Positions 37,495-47,900 of a stretch of 64,000 nt of DNA are shown here, piece by piece. The stretch is taken from NCBI GenBank assembly GCA_963732005.1, contig CAVSXT010000005.1, forward strand, positions 237,788 to 301,787, read 5' to 3'. A model generated the notes under the pieces. That model was given only the letters and a program-made list of their open reading frames with translations, did no database searches and was not told the origin of the DNA. The translations under genes were made by a program, and so were the position numbers. The first letter of the stretch is position 1. Every line of letters starts with the position of its first letter. This DNA is from an uncultured Acidobacteriota bacterium (lineage in GTDB: Bacteria > Acidobacteriota > Thermoanaerobaculia > Multivoradales > UBA5704).

Positions 37495-38878
37495 CGCTTG
37501 CCTCCTTGGCCGCCGCCCGCGGCACACTCCACCAGGAAAGCGAGGGCCGGCGTGCTGCGTCCAGCCGCGCGGCGAGCACGCCCACGAGCTCGGCGGTCAG
37601 ACGCTCTTCCCTGCACGCCTGCTGGAACCGGAGCAGGGTCGCCATCGCGTCGCGCCCGACCTCGGCCGGTCCGAAGGCCGGCAGGATCTGGTCGGCGAGC
37701 TGCCGGACCGCCGCCTCGTCACCCTCCCCGAGGAGCAGGCTCGCGAGGTCCAGCCAGGCGAGCCCGGCCTCGATCCCGAACTGGTGCGCGACCAGCGCCC
37801 GCGCCGCCTCGTCCAGCTGCCGTTTGGCGGCCTCCCGGTCGCCGGCCGCGAGCAGGATGCGCGCCTGCGCCCGGCGCAGCAGCGTCGGGACCCTGCACCG
37901 GTCCAGGCCATCCTCCGGTTGCAGCGCGGCGGCGACCGTGGCGGCCGCCGCCTCGAAGCGCCCCAGCGCGATGGCCGACCACACCTCTGCGCACCACAGG
38001 TAGGGGCGCAGCGCCGCCGAGCAGGCGGCCGGGCGGCTCTCGTTCAGCCGCCCGGCGGCCGCCGCGAGCAACGGCGGCACAGCCTCCGGCCGGCCCAGGT
38101 GATGGAGGCACCACGCCTGCTGGAGCAGCACCTCGGCGCCGCTCATCCCTTCGAGCTCGCCGCCGGCCACCTCCCATGCTTCAGCGCCCAGCATCGCTTC
38201 GACCCGCTCGAGCAGCGCCACCGCCTCGCCGAGCCGCCGCTGCTCGCGGCGCAGGACCGCGGTTTGCGCCAGGATCTGCGCTTCGACCTGGGGATCGCCG
38301 GTGCCGCGCGCGCACCAGCTCCACGCGGCGTCGAGCGCCTGGTCCGCCGAGTGCGGCTCGCCCAGCAGGCGGCGCGCCATCCCCAGCCGCGCAAGGCCGA
38401 TCGCCGTCAGGTCCGCCACCCAGGCCGGGTCGTACCCCTCGCCGAGGTGGCCGGCGATCCGGATGGCGACGAACGCGAGCCGCGCGGCGCGATCCGGCCG
38501 CTCGGCCGCCACCTCCTCGAGGCCCTTGGCCAGGAGCAGCCGGCAGAGGCCCCAATGGTGATAGGACTCATCCCTCTCGACGGCCCGGAGCTGCTCCTCG
38601 AAGCTCAGGGCGCCGAGCCCCTGCCAGAGAACCGGTGCGGCCGTGCCCTCGGTCGCGACGATCACGTCGTCGCAGTGCCGCACCGCGCAGCGGAGCCGCC
38701 GCAGCTCGGCCTCCGCCTCCCGCCACTCGGGGCAGTGGTGCACCAGGTCCGGCACCACCTCGCGGGCGATCGCCTCGGCGTCGAGCGCCCCGCCCACCAG
38801 CCGGGCGAGGAGCAGCGACGTCGGCTGCCGCGCGGTCGCGCCGGCGAGCAGTGCGAGGTGATCGGCGTGGTTGGGCAT
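37469..38878 (-). CDS. TPR-like helical repeat protein (no HTH)
   Basis: 'HHWGLCRLLL', 'ARLGMARRLLGE..SADQAL..AW', C-terminal 'AGLAWLDLA.L.L.EG....VRQLA..IL..F....V.RDAMATL..F'. Confidence 0.72.
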   Translation of the reverse strand: MPNHADHLALLAGATARQPTSLLLARLVGGALDAEAIAREVVPDLVHHCPEWREAEAELRRLRCAVRHCDDVIVATEGTAAPVLWQGLGALSFEEQLRAVERDESYHHWGLCRLLLAKGLEEVAAERPDRAARLAFVAIRIAGHLGEGYDPAWVADLTAIGLARLGMARRLLGEPHSADQALDAAWSWCARGTGDPQVEAQILAQTAVLRREQRRLGEAVALLERVEAMLGAEAWEVAGGELEGMSGAEVLLQQAWCLHHLGRPEAVPPLLAAAAGRLNESRPAACSAALRPYLWCAEVWSAIALGRFEAAAATVAAALQPEDGLDRCRVPTLLRRAQARILLAAGDREAAKRQLDEAARALVAHQFGIEAGLAWLDLASLLLGEGDEAAVRQLADQILPAFGPAEVGRDAMATLLRFQQACREERLTAELVGVLAARLDAARRPSLSWWSVPRAAAKEASDALPAGAS

Positions 38879-39481
38879 GTCTTGGCTCAGCAGGCGGACA
38901 TCCAGGCACCTGCCTGGGCCGGCGCCTGCGCTTGCGATGTTGCGGAAGCGTAGGACCGGGGGCGTCTGGCGGCAATCACGCTGGGGACGAGATCAAGCCC
39001 GGCCGCAACGGCGGGGCGGTTTGGCCCACCGTACCGTCGGTCCACGCGCTCTGCGGCCTCAGCTGGCGCCGCGGGGCGCTCTCGCCTGCGTTGTAGCTGA
39101 GGCGAGCGCCGGGCTGTCGCGCGCCCCCGGTGGGTTCGCGCTGCCGGATCGGCGGCCCCGGCGCACGCCCGGCAGCATCTCGGAGGGCACTTGGCCTGGC
39201 TGTTCCGCCTGGGCATCGCGCTGCTGCTGGGAAGCCTCCGCTGCAAGCGCCGGTCGCGGGGCGCCCCCGGCCGGCCTCAGCATGGATACCGATGGCGGGC
39301 GAGCTGGGGGAGCCGCCGGCGCCGCTCGCCGCGTCTGCCGCCCCTTCCCGTTTCATGCCTCCTCGGCGCACACTGAGCAGCAATTGGGGGGGCCTTTGGC
39401 CCGCCCGGTACCGGGATCAAGGAGGTCCCCGCCCCGGCCATGGCGGTCGTCGCGGCGGACCTCGCCGAAAGGAGCTTGCGC

Positions 39482-39817
39482 ATGCCCGCTTCCTTCCCCA
39501 GGCGCGCCGTTCTCGCGCTGGCGCTCGTCGTTGCGCTCTCCCTGCCCTCCGCCATGGCCGCGTCGCCCCTGGCCGCGGCCGGCGCGCCGCTGCTGCGCAC
39601 GCCGGCCGCCGGCAGCACCGCGATCACGCGCCTGTGGAGCTGGCTCGCGCCCTGGTGGCCCGACAATGGCTGCAGCCTCGACCCGAACGGCGGCTGCGCC
39701 AGCATTGCTCCGGTGCCGCCGGTGCGCCCCTCAAACTGCGGCAGCGCCGATCCCGATGGCCGGTGTCGAAACGTGATCGCGGTGCACCCATCCACGGCGC
39801 GTATCAGGCGGCACTGA
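39482..39817 (+). CDS. Small secreted peptide precursor with two C-x(3)-DP[ND]G-x-C-like modules (111 aa)
   Basis: RBS AAAGGAG; signal peptide 'MPASFPRRAVLALALVVALSLPSAMA'; amphipathic 'TRLWSWLAPWW'; 'NGCSLDPNGGC' and 'NCGSADPDGRC'. Confidence 0.7.
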   Translation: MPASFPRRAVLALALVVALSLPSAMAASPLAAAGAPLLRTPAAGSTAITRLWSWLAPWWPDNGCSLDPNGGCASIAPVPPVRPSNCGSADPDGRCRNVIAVHPSTARIRRH

Positions 39818-39960
39818 TCAACGCGAACAGAGCCTGCTGCGAGGGTCAGGGTTCGAGGAACCTGTCCTCTCTCGGTGGACGCGGTCGGGCGTCGGGAGTG
39901 CGGGCGCGCTCCCACGCGAGGCCGGCGCACTTTGCCCGGCGGGAACGAGGGTGCGCTGCG

Positions 39961-41442
39961 CTATCCGGGCTGGAACGGCGGCGCCGGCTCGTGCCGGCTC
40001 TGCTCCAGGTAGTCCAGCAGCCGCCGGGCCAGCTCCGCCGTGACGGTCTGCGCCGCGGCTGCCTCGCAAAACAGGCGGAGCGCCGCCAGGGCCTCCCGGT
40101 GCACCCGTTGGCCGCGGAAGATCCAGAGCATCTCCTCGGCCAGGCCTACAACCTCCGCGCGCCGGCCCGCTTCGAGGTGCAGGATCGCCAGCTCCAGGGA
40201 TACCAGGGCCGTGTCGTAGCCGTTCTCGAGCGCGGCAAACTCGCGCCGGACCTGCTCGAACGCCGTCAGCGCCTCTTCCCGCTGTCCGCGGCCCGCCGCC
40301 ACCCGGCCCCGCAGCCAGCGCATCCGCACGGTGTCGAGCTTGTGGTCCAGCTCCTGCGTGAGCTGCTCGAGCGCGGGTAGCCTCGCCGCCGCCTCCTCGT
40401 ACTCGCCGAGGTGGCATAGGTTCACGACGAGGTTGAAGCTCAGCACGCACTGCTCGCGAGCATCGGTGGCGTCGCCTACGCGCGAGGCGGCCTCGCGCAG
40501 CGCTCGCAGTGCCTGCACTGGCTCTCCCGCCTGCTCCAGCACCACCGCCCGGTTCAGCAGCAGCCGCCCGCGCGACTGTGGAGGCGCCATGGCCAGCGCC
40601 CGGTCGAGTAGCTCGAGCGCGATGTTGAACTGCCGCTGCTCGCGGCGCAACGATGCTTCCAGGTCGAGAAGTCGCCATTCGCCAGGCTGCGGCTCGCCGG
40701 CAGGCCCGCCCGCCCGCCGGAGGGCCCGGACCGTGGCGAAGCTCGCGTCGGCCGCCGGCAGGTCGCCCGCCACCCGCTGCGCGCTGGCGACGAACGCCCA
40801 TGCGTAGCCTTCCAGGCTCCAGCATTGCGCCTGCTCACCGGGCGCCGTCTTCGCCACCCGCACTGCCAGCAGCGCGAGGCGGAGCGCTTGGCCCGCGTCG
40901 TCCGCCGCGGCCCGCGCGCTCGCTGCGCACAGCCGCTCGACGAGGTTCTGAAATTCCTGCCACCAATCGGGAAGCAGCAGCCTCTCGCGGGAGGCGAGGT
41001 CCGGCGGGCCGGAGAGGTCGCGCACCTCCACCGCCTGCGTGCCAAGAGCGCCGGCGGCATCGTCGCGCCCGTCGTCGGCTTCGGCTGGCGACGCCAGGAG
41101 CTCCGCCACGGCCGCGCGAGCCGCGGCGCCGAGGTCGCGCTCGAGCATCTCCCCCACGGCCATGGCCACCTCCTCGCCGGCCGGCGCGGCGCTGCCCTCC
41201 GACCACCGTCGCGCGAGCCGGATCGCGGGCAGCACCACCTCGTCGATTGCCCAGGGCGGCACCCCCGCCACCTTCGCCAGCCTCTCGATGCTGGCGCGCG
41301 ACGGGGTCTCTTTTCCTTCCTCGAAGCGGCAGATCGTGCTCCTGTGCAGGCCCGCCGCGGTGGCCAGCTCGCGCTGCGTCCAGTCCCGCAGCAACCGCAG
41401 GAACCCGACCAGCACTCTCGAGTCGGCGGCATCAGCTGGCAT
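39961..41442 (-). CDS. XRE-HTH + TPR-like regulator
   Basis: N-terminal 'FLRLLRDWTQRELATAAGLHRSTICRFEEG'; TPR-like body; C-terminal 'YDTALVSLELA...VHREALAALRLFC'. Confidence 0.82.
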   Translation of the reverse strand: MPADAADSRVLVGFLRLLRDWTQRELATAAGLHRSTICRFEEGKETPSRASIERLAKVAGVPPWAIDEVVLPAIRLARRWSEGSAAPAGEEVAMAVGEMLERDLGAAARAAVAELLASPAEADDGRDDAAGALGTQAVEVRDLSGPPDLASRERLLLPDWWQEFQNLVERLCAASARAAADDAGQALRLALLAVRVAKTAPGEQAQCWSLEGYAWAFVASAQRVAGDLPAADASFATVRALRRAGGPAGEPQPGEWRLLDLEASLRREQRQFNIALELLDRALAMAPPQSRGRLLLNRAVVLEQAGEPVQALRALREAASRVGDATDAREQCVLSFNLVVNLCHLGEYEEAAARLPALEQLTQELDHKLDTVRMRWLRGRVAAGRGQREEALTAFEQVRREFAALENGYDTALVSLELAILHLEAGRRAEVVGLAEEMLWIFRGQRVHREALAALRLFCEAAAAQTVTAELARRLLDYLEQSRHEPAPPFQPG

Positions 41443-42931
41443 CGGTCGCCTGGGCCTCGAATCGCAGTCCGGGATCGCGGCGCGCCCGCTCCAGGTAGTC
41501 GAACAGGCGCCGGGCCAACGCTGCTGTCGCGGTGTCGTTGGCCGCCGCCCTGCAATACAGCCGCAGCGCCGCCAGCGCCTCGCGGTGCACCTGCTGCGAG
41601 CTGAAGATCCACAGCATGGCCTCGGCCAGTGCCCGCACCTCTCCGAGATGGCCCTCCTCCAGCTCGAGCATCGAGAGCTCAAGCGATACCAGCGCCGTGT
41701 CGTAGGGATTGCCTGCCTGCGCGAACTGCCGCCGCACCTCCTCGAAGGCGACTCTCGCGGCCTCGCGCTTGCCCAGCCCGGCCGCCACCCGCGCGGACAG
41801 CCAACCGTGTCGTAGGAGGTCCAGCTCGTTGCCCAATTCAACGATCTTGTTACGCAGTTCCGGGAGCTGTGCCTCGGCTTCCTGGTGCCGCCCAAGGTGG
41901 CAGAGGATGACGATGCCATTGAATCGGACCACCAGCCGATCTCGCGGCTCGCGCGCCGCCTCGATCAGCGGTGCGGCCTCACGCAGCACGGCGAGCGCCG
42001 CGTCGATCTCCCCTTGGTACTCAAGCGTCACCGCCCTGTTGAGCAGGATGCGGCCCCTTGCCGCCGCCGGCGCCGCCGCCAGCGCCCGGCCCAGCAAATC
42101 GAGCGCCTGTTCGAACTCGCCCAACTCACGCCGCAGCGATGCTTCGAGGTCCAGCAGGCGCCATTCCGCCAGCGGGCTGTCTGCGGCGGCCGCGCCGGCC
42201 CGCCAGCACTCCGAGGCGGCGGCGAAGCTCTTGCCCGCCGCCTGCAGGTGCCCGCGCACGCGCTGTGCGTTGCCGACGAAGGCCCAGACCCACCCGAGCA
42301 GCCGCGACCGCCACGCCGGTTCGCCCGGGGCCAGCTCCGCCGCCCGCAGCGCCAGCCGCGCCAGCTCCTCGGCCCGCTGACCGTCGGCCGCCGCGGCGCG
42401 CACGCTCTCGTCGCACAGCCGCTCGGCGAGCGCCCAGGTCTGGTGCTCCGGCGAGGTCTCCACCCGATCGCGCCGCGCCGTCGGCGCCATTTGGCGCAGC
42501 TCCTCCCACAACCGCGCCGCCTCCCGCCGCGCCGCCGCCAGCCGCCGGACGCGCGCCGCCTCGAGCAGCCGCGAGCGCGTGAGGCTCGCCGCCAGCAGCC
42601 CGATCCGCGCTGCGGCCCGCGCCACTCGCTGCCGCTCGCCGCGCGAGGGCTCGATCGGCGACCGCCCGGCCGCGGCCGGCGCCGGCGCTCCCGGTGACAG
42701 GCCCCGCAGGAAGAGCAGCACCAAGTCCACCTCCCCGGCCTCGTAGCCCATCGCCGCCGCCAGGACGTCGAGCGTCTCGCGCGACAGGATCTTTACCGTC
42801 CCACCCTCGTAGCTACCCACCAGCTTGCGCCGGACGCCCGCTGCGGCCGCCAGCTCCGTCTGGCTGTAGCCGCGGGCGGTCCTCAGGTGGATGAGCGCCA
42901 GGCTCAGCGGCGGCGGCGCGGGTCGTGGCAT
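41432..42931 (-). CDS. XRE-HTH + TPR-like regulator (tandem paralog)
   Basis: 'LIHLRTARGYSQTELAAAAGVRRKLVGSYEGG'; shares 'EWRLLDLEASLRR', 'RGR.LLNRAV.LE', 'YDTALVSLEL', 'VHREALAALRL' with 39961..41442; 11-nt overlap. Confidence 0.82.
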   Translation of the reverse strand: MPRPAPPPLSLALIHLRTARGYSQTELAAAAGVRRKLVGSYEGGTVKILSRETLDVLAAAMGYEAGEVDLVLLFLRGLSPGAPAPAAAGRSPIEPSRGERQRVARAAARIGLLAASLTRSRLLEAARVRRLAAARREAARLWEELRQMAPTARRDRVETSPEHQTWALAERLCDESVRAAAADGQRAEELARLALRAAELAPGEPAWRSRLLGWVWAFVGNAQRVRGHLQAAGKSFAAASECWRAGAAAADSPLAEWRLLDLEASLRRELGEFEQALDLLGRALAAAPAAARGRILLNRAVTLEYQGEIDAALAVLREAAPLIEAAREPRDRLVVRFNGIVILCHLGRHQEAEAQLPELRNKIVELGNELDLLRHGWLSARVAAGLGKREAARVAFEEVRRQFAQAGNPYDTALVSLELSMLELEEGHLGEVRALAEAMLWIFSSQQVHREALAALRLYCRAAANDTATAALARRLFDYLERARRDPGLRFEAQATDAS

Positions 42932-43355
42932 AGGGCGGCCTCCATTGTCGCATGTCCTAAATACACCGGTGATCGCCACCCGTGCCGGCGAGACATCGCG
43001 GCGGAACCTCGCCCTTCACCTGCCCGCTTTCGAGACAAAGGTTCCCCGAAAAGCAACTCCGGGTGATTCTCGCGTATCTTGAAGTTCTTGCAAAGAGGAA
43101 TTTGTGGATTCTCTCGCGCGCTCTCGGCCGCGCCTTCGGCGCGCGGACCGGGAGCCGCTTATCCCCATGAACCTCGGACCCGCGCGAATCCCGTCTCGCG
43201 CAGGTCCTCAGCCGTTGCAACGCGTCCTCGCTTCTGGTGTGTCCGGGCACCCTCTGAGATTCAGCCTGAGCACCTCCCCTCCTTAGTCGGCGAGAAGGCG
43301 CCTGGGTAGGCGGCCGGCAAGCTGCGAGAGCATGATTCCGTGGGCAGGAGCCGTC

Positions 43356-44618
43356 TTACTCCGATCTCTTTGCTCTCGGCGGCCTTTGATAATGAGTTGC
43401 TGTAACAAAGTCGATGAAAGCCACGGCAGACCCAACCGCGAGGCGGGCATGACGCGGTTCCAGGCCCCGGTGGTGGCCGTCGCGGCCGTGCCCCGAGCCA
43501 TAGAGCCCGCGGAGTTCAGCAAGGTACTGAGTCAAAGCTGCGAGGTTACGGAGAATAAGTCGTATTGTCTCTGCGCCTTTGGCTTCGTCGGAGATGCCCT
43601 CCGGAACTAAATTGAGTTCCTTCGCCAGCAGCTTGGTGAGTTTCGGTAAATCTGCCTTGGGCGACACTGCAATACCCCTCTTCTTGAGAATGGTCTTGCA
43701 GCAAGTTTCGACCAGGTCCTTAGCGGTTCCAATCGCGAGTGTCGGATCTCGCTCTACTGCTGCCTCGAGACGTTCAATCTCCTTCTGCATCCATCCTGCG
43801 TCGAGGGCGTCGGCGACCGTCTTTGCCCGCGAGAGCGATCTTCCGCCGCTCCCAGGTTGACTCCTCCTGGGTACGAATCGAGGATGGCCGGCAACGGTCT
43901 CCTCCTCGATCAGATTCCAGCCTGATGGACGAAGAATCTCATTGAATTTCTGCGCGAGCTTAAGAGCCTCGTTCCGGTCGGGTCGCACGGCGGGATGGAT
44001 CACTTCGCAAATAAATCGAAGGAAATTTGCGGACGATCCTTTCATTAGATCGAACCGGCCATCGCCAAAAATCCAGTCGTCAGGCCAATCATTCGGGTTG
44101 TTAACGCGATGTTGCCAAATATCATCAGCTGCGTTCTGAAAGCGGTAATCGTTAGAAGGTAGCTGTTCAAGGTCAAAGAGACGCTCAAGGAATTCGACGT
44201 CTCCCAGTTGACCATACCAAGGCACGTTGCCGATCCTCAGAGTGTCAGCTATGCTCTGGCGTGTTGCGCGGGACACCTCTTCGTCGGAAAGACGCCAATC
44301 GGCGCGTGTCTCTACGGTCGGTGCGATAAGTGCAGTGTACGAATCGCTCGAAAATTGCGCCAAGGCCGATGCGAGGCGTTTAGTGATCTGGTTTTCCAGT
44401 CCCTCGCGCTTGCCTCCCAACCGAGCATAAGCCGTTGGCTCTAATTGCAGATAGATGGTCCACGAGGTTGTGCCACCGTTCCAATTGTCGTAACCCGTTT
44501 CTTCAACGCGGGCCTTCGCGATTCGCAAGACTTTAGCCGCATCGGCCATTCCTTCCGTCGAGAGCATCGCCTCAGCGGTCGCAAGGTAGCGTTCTAGATC
44601 GTCAGGGCCTAGGTTCAT
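43356..44618 (-). CDS. Abortive infection family protein (AbiJ N-terminal-like + Abi_C domain)
   Basis: 'FLERLFDLEQLPS.DYRF..A..DIWQH.VNN..DW..DWIF.D.RF.L'; C-terminal 'AIGTAKDLVETCCKTIL', 'LRGLYGSGHGR', 'ARLAVGSA'; visibly lower GC. Confidence 0.8.
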   Translation of the reverse strand: MNLGPDDLERYLATAEAMLSTEGMADAAKVLRIAKARVEETGYDNWNGGTTSWTIYLQLEPTAYARLGGKREGLENQITKRLASALAQFSSDSYTALIAPTVETRADWRLSDEEVSRATRQSIADTLRIGNVPWYGQLGDVEFLERLFDLEQLPSNDYRFQNAADDIWQHRVNNPNDWPDDWIFGDGRFDLMKGSSANFLRFICEVIHPAVRPDRNEALKLAQKFNEILRPSGWNLIEEETVAGHPRFVPRRSQPGSGGRSLSRAKTVADALDAGWMQKEIERLEAAVERDPTLAIGTAKDLVETCCKTILKKRGIAVSPKADLPKLTKLLAKELNLVPEGISDEAKGAETIRLILRNLAALTQYLAELRGLYGSGHGRDGHHRGLEPRHARLAVGSAVAFIDFVTATHYQRPPRAKRSE

Positions 44619-44939
44619 GAGTATTCATCCATCAGGATACGGCGACCTGCTCCACTCTACTGTAATAGGTCCACGAAGGGGGAGCGAGCCGGGTCGTGCC
44701 TCACCTCGGTGCAATCGGCTCGGGCCTCGCATTCGAGCGCCGGCCGCTTGCGGCCCCGGATCTCGAGCCGCCTACTCGGCGGAGCGGCCGAGCTAGAGAT
44801 TTGAATAGATGGTTAGCCATGCTGCGATGTAGTTTTCGCATACGGCCGAGTGTTGCTTTAAAAGCTCTTGTCGATTAGGCTTTTCCTGCGACAACTCAAA
44901 TTAGGCCTCGCGGTGCGTCGGTCCCGCCGGGAGGAGGGC

Positions 44940-47900
44940 ATGTCCAAAGCGGTCGGGCGGCTTGAAGGGGGGTTGCGCCCAGCGCTCCGGCGACAGTCGG
45001 GGCGAATGGCCGTAGCGCTGGCCGTCGGTCTGCTGGCGGCGGTGGCAGGATCGGCGCGCCTCTGCGGCCAGACCGTCACGTTGCAGGCCATCGCCGACAG
45101 CACGATCAAGCAGGAGAGCCCCAATCAGAGCTTTGGCGCTCAAGCGACGCTGGTGGTGAAGGAAGGCGGCAGCCGCGTGCTGGTCCGCTTCGATCCGGCG
45201 GCGATCGGCGCCGCGGTGGGCGGCGGCAGCCTGGCGTCGGCCCAGCTGCGGCTCTACATCGGCACCAATGGCGGCAACTGGGGGACGACCGGGCGCACTG
45301 TCGACGTCTACCGGGCCGACGCCTCCTGGACGGAGATGGGCGCCACCTGGAACTGCGCCGTGGACGCCAATCCCGCAAACAGTGTCGCTGATTGCGCGAC
45401 CCCGTGGAACGGCGGCACGATCGAGGACGACGCCACGGATACGGTGGTCGTCACCAACACCAGCAGCGGCTGGATCCAGTTCGACGTCACGGCCGACGTC
45501 CAGGCCTTCCTGGCTGGCACGGCGAACGACGGCTGGCTGCTCGAGAAGACCGACGAGGGGCAGGGCGGCCGCGTCGATCTGGTGTCCAGGGAGGGGTCGG
45601 CGGGGCAGGGACCGCAGCTGGTCCTGATCAGCCAGAGCGCCGCGGTGGACACGGTGCCGCCGGCTGTCGCCATCGTCGCGCCGGCGCAGCCGGTGCTGGT
45701 CAACATGCCGTCGCCGCCGATCGCCGTGGCCTATCAGGACGGCGGCTCGGGGGTCGATACCTCGACGCTGCGCGTGGTGCTCGACGGCCAGGACCTGACG
45801 GCAGGCTGCACGGTCGGCGCCCAGTCGGCAAGCTGCACGTCACCGGCGCTTGCCGCCGGCGCGCATACGGTGACCGCCAACGTCCAGGACCACGCCGGCA
45901 ACGCCGCTACGGCGAGCAGGAGCTTCCAGCTCTTTCTCGGTCCGGCGGTCAGCACGCTGACGCTCCCGGCCGTGGCGGATACCTACATCACCGGCGCAGC
46001 GCCGGACAAGGAGCATGGCCGCGCGGCGATCCTGCGGGTCGCCAAGAGCGGACCCCGCCGGGCGCTGGTGCAGTTCGACCCGGCGGCGCTGGCCGCGGCG
46101 CTGGCGGGCAGCCAGTTGCTGTCCGCTCAGCTCGAGCTCGCGATCGCCGCCAACGGCAACAACTGGGGAACGAGCGGCCGGACGGTGGGTGTGTATCCTA
46201 TGACGGTGGCGTGGTCCGAGGCGGCCGCGACCTGGGACTGCCCGGCCGACACCAACCTCGACAATCACCAGCCGGACTGCGCCGCGCGCTGGAACGGCGG
46301 CGCCTTCGCGGCGAGCCCCACGGCCACCGCGCTGCTCACTCGCGATCTCGGCGGGACGCTGGATTTCGACGTCACCGCCGACGTCGCCGCCTTCCTCGCC
46401 GGCACGGCAAGCGACGGCTGGCTGCTCAAGAAGACCGACGAGGCGGCGAGCGGGCGGGCCGACTTCGTCTCCCGCGAGGCCGGCTCCGGCCAGGCGGCGC
46501 AGCTGGTCGTCGTCTTTCAGGTCCCGGCGCCCGACACCACGCCGCCGACGCTCACTATCACCAGCCCCGCCGACGGCTCGTACTCGCGGACGCCGTCGAT
46601 CCAGGTCACGGGCACGATCGGCGGCACGGTCGCGGCGGTGACGGTCGGCGGTCAGCCGGCGAGCCTCGCCCAGGGCGGCTTCACGGCCAGCGTGACGCTG
46701 GTGCAAGGCGCGAACGTGCTGGTCGCGGTGGCGACCGATGCGGCCGGCAACCAGGCCTCGGCCACCGCCTTGGTGACGCTCGACACGACACCGCCGACGT
46801 TGACCCTGACGACGCCGTCGCCCGGGCAGCTCACCAACCAGCCGCAGGTCCAGGTGGCGGGCAGCGCCACCGATGACAGCGGCATCGCCACGCTGACGGT
46901 CGGCGGCCAGCCGGTCACTCTCGCCGCCAGCGGTAAGTTCAGCACCCTGGTGCCGGTGGGCGAGGGCGTGAGCTCGATCGAGGTGGACGCCGTCGACCTC
47001 GCGGGCAACCAGCAGACCGTCGTCGTGAGCGTCAACCGCTTCAGCATCCCGACGGTCGCCATCGTCTCGCCGCCGGACCTGAGCTACGTCAACGCCACCA
47101 CGGTGACGGTGAGCGGCACGGTCGGCGCGGCGGTGACGGTCAGCGTCAACGGCGTCGCCGCCGCGGTCTCCGGCAACAGCTTCACCGCCGCCGGGGTGCC
47201 GCTCGCCGAGGGCGGCAACAGCCTGACGGCGACCGCCACCGATGCGCAGGGGCACGTCGGTCTGGCCACGATCAACGTGGTGCGCGACCTGACGCCGCCG
47301 CACGTGGCCATCTACACGCCGGCGGCCGGGGCGACGGTCGGCGACAGCGCGGTCGCCGTCTCGGGCCTGGTCAACGACATCGTCGCCGGCACGGTCAACG
47401 CCGGCAACGTGCAGGTGACGGTCAACGGCGTGCCCGCGGTGGTGGCCAACCGGGCGTTCCTCGCGCCCGCGGTGCGGTTGCAGCCGGGCACCAACGTGCT
47501 GACCGCGGTGGCGGTGGACGCCAGTGGCAACCAGGCGCAGACCAGCGTCACGGTGCAGCAGGCGCGGCCGGCCGCGCCCAGCGTCGCCGTCGTCCTGGGC
47601 GGTGGCCAGAGCGCGGTCATCGGCACGGTGCTGGCCCAGCCGCTGGTGGCGGTGGTGCAGGACGCGGTGGGCCAACCGGTGCCGGGCAAGACGGTGCTCT
47701 TCCGGGTGCGGGGCGGCAACGGCACGCTGGATGGCGGCCGGCGCGATCTGGGGGTGACCAGCGATGCCAACGGCCAGGCGCTGGTGCACTTCACCCTCGG
47801 CACCCGTGCCGGCGCCGGCAATCAAGTGGTCGAGGCGTCGGCGGTGGGCAGCGGACCGCCGGCGGTCTTCCTGGCCAGCGCGCTGCCGGGCGCCCCGGCG

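Noticed and set aside
38887-39440. Additional small peptide ORFs between the TPR gene and the secreted peptide
   Set aside because: Candidates lack a clear RBS, signal peptide or motif; treated as a divergent promoter region.
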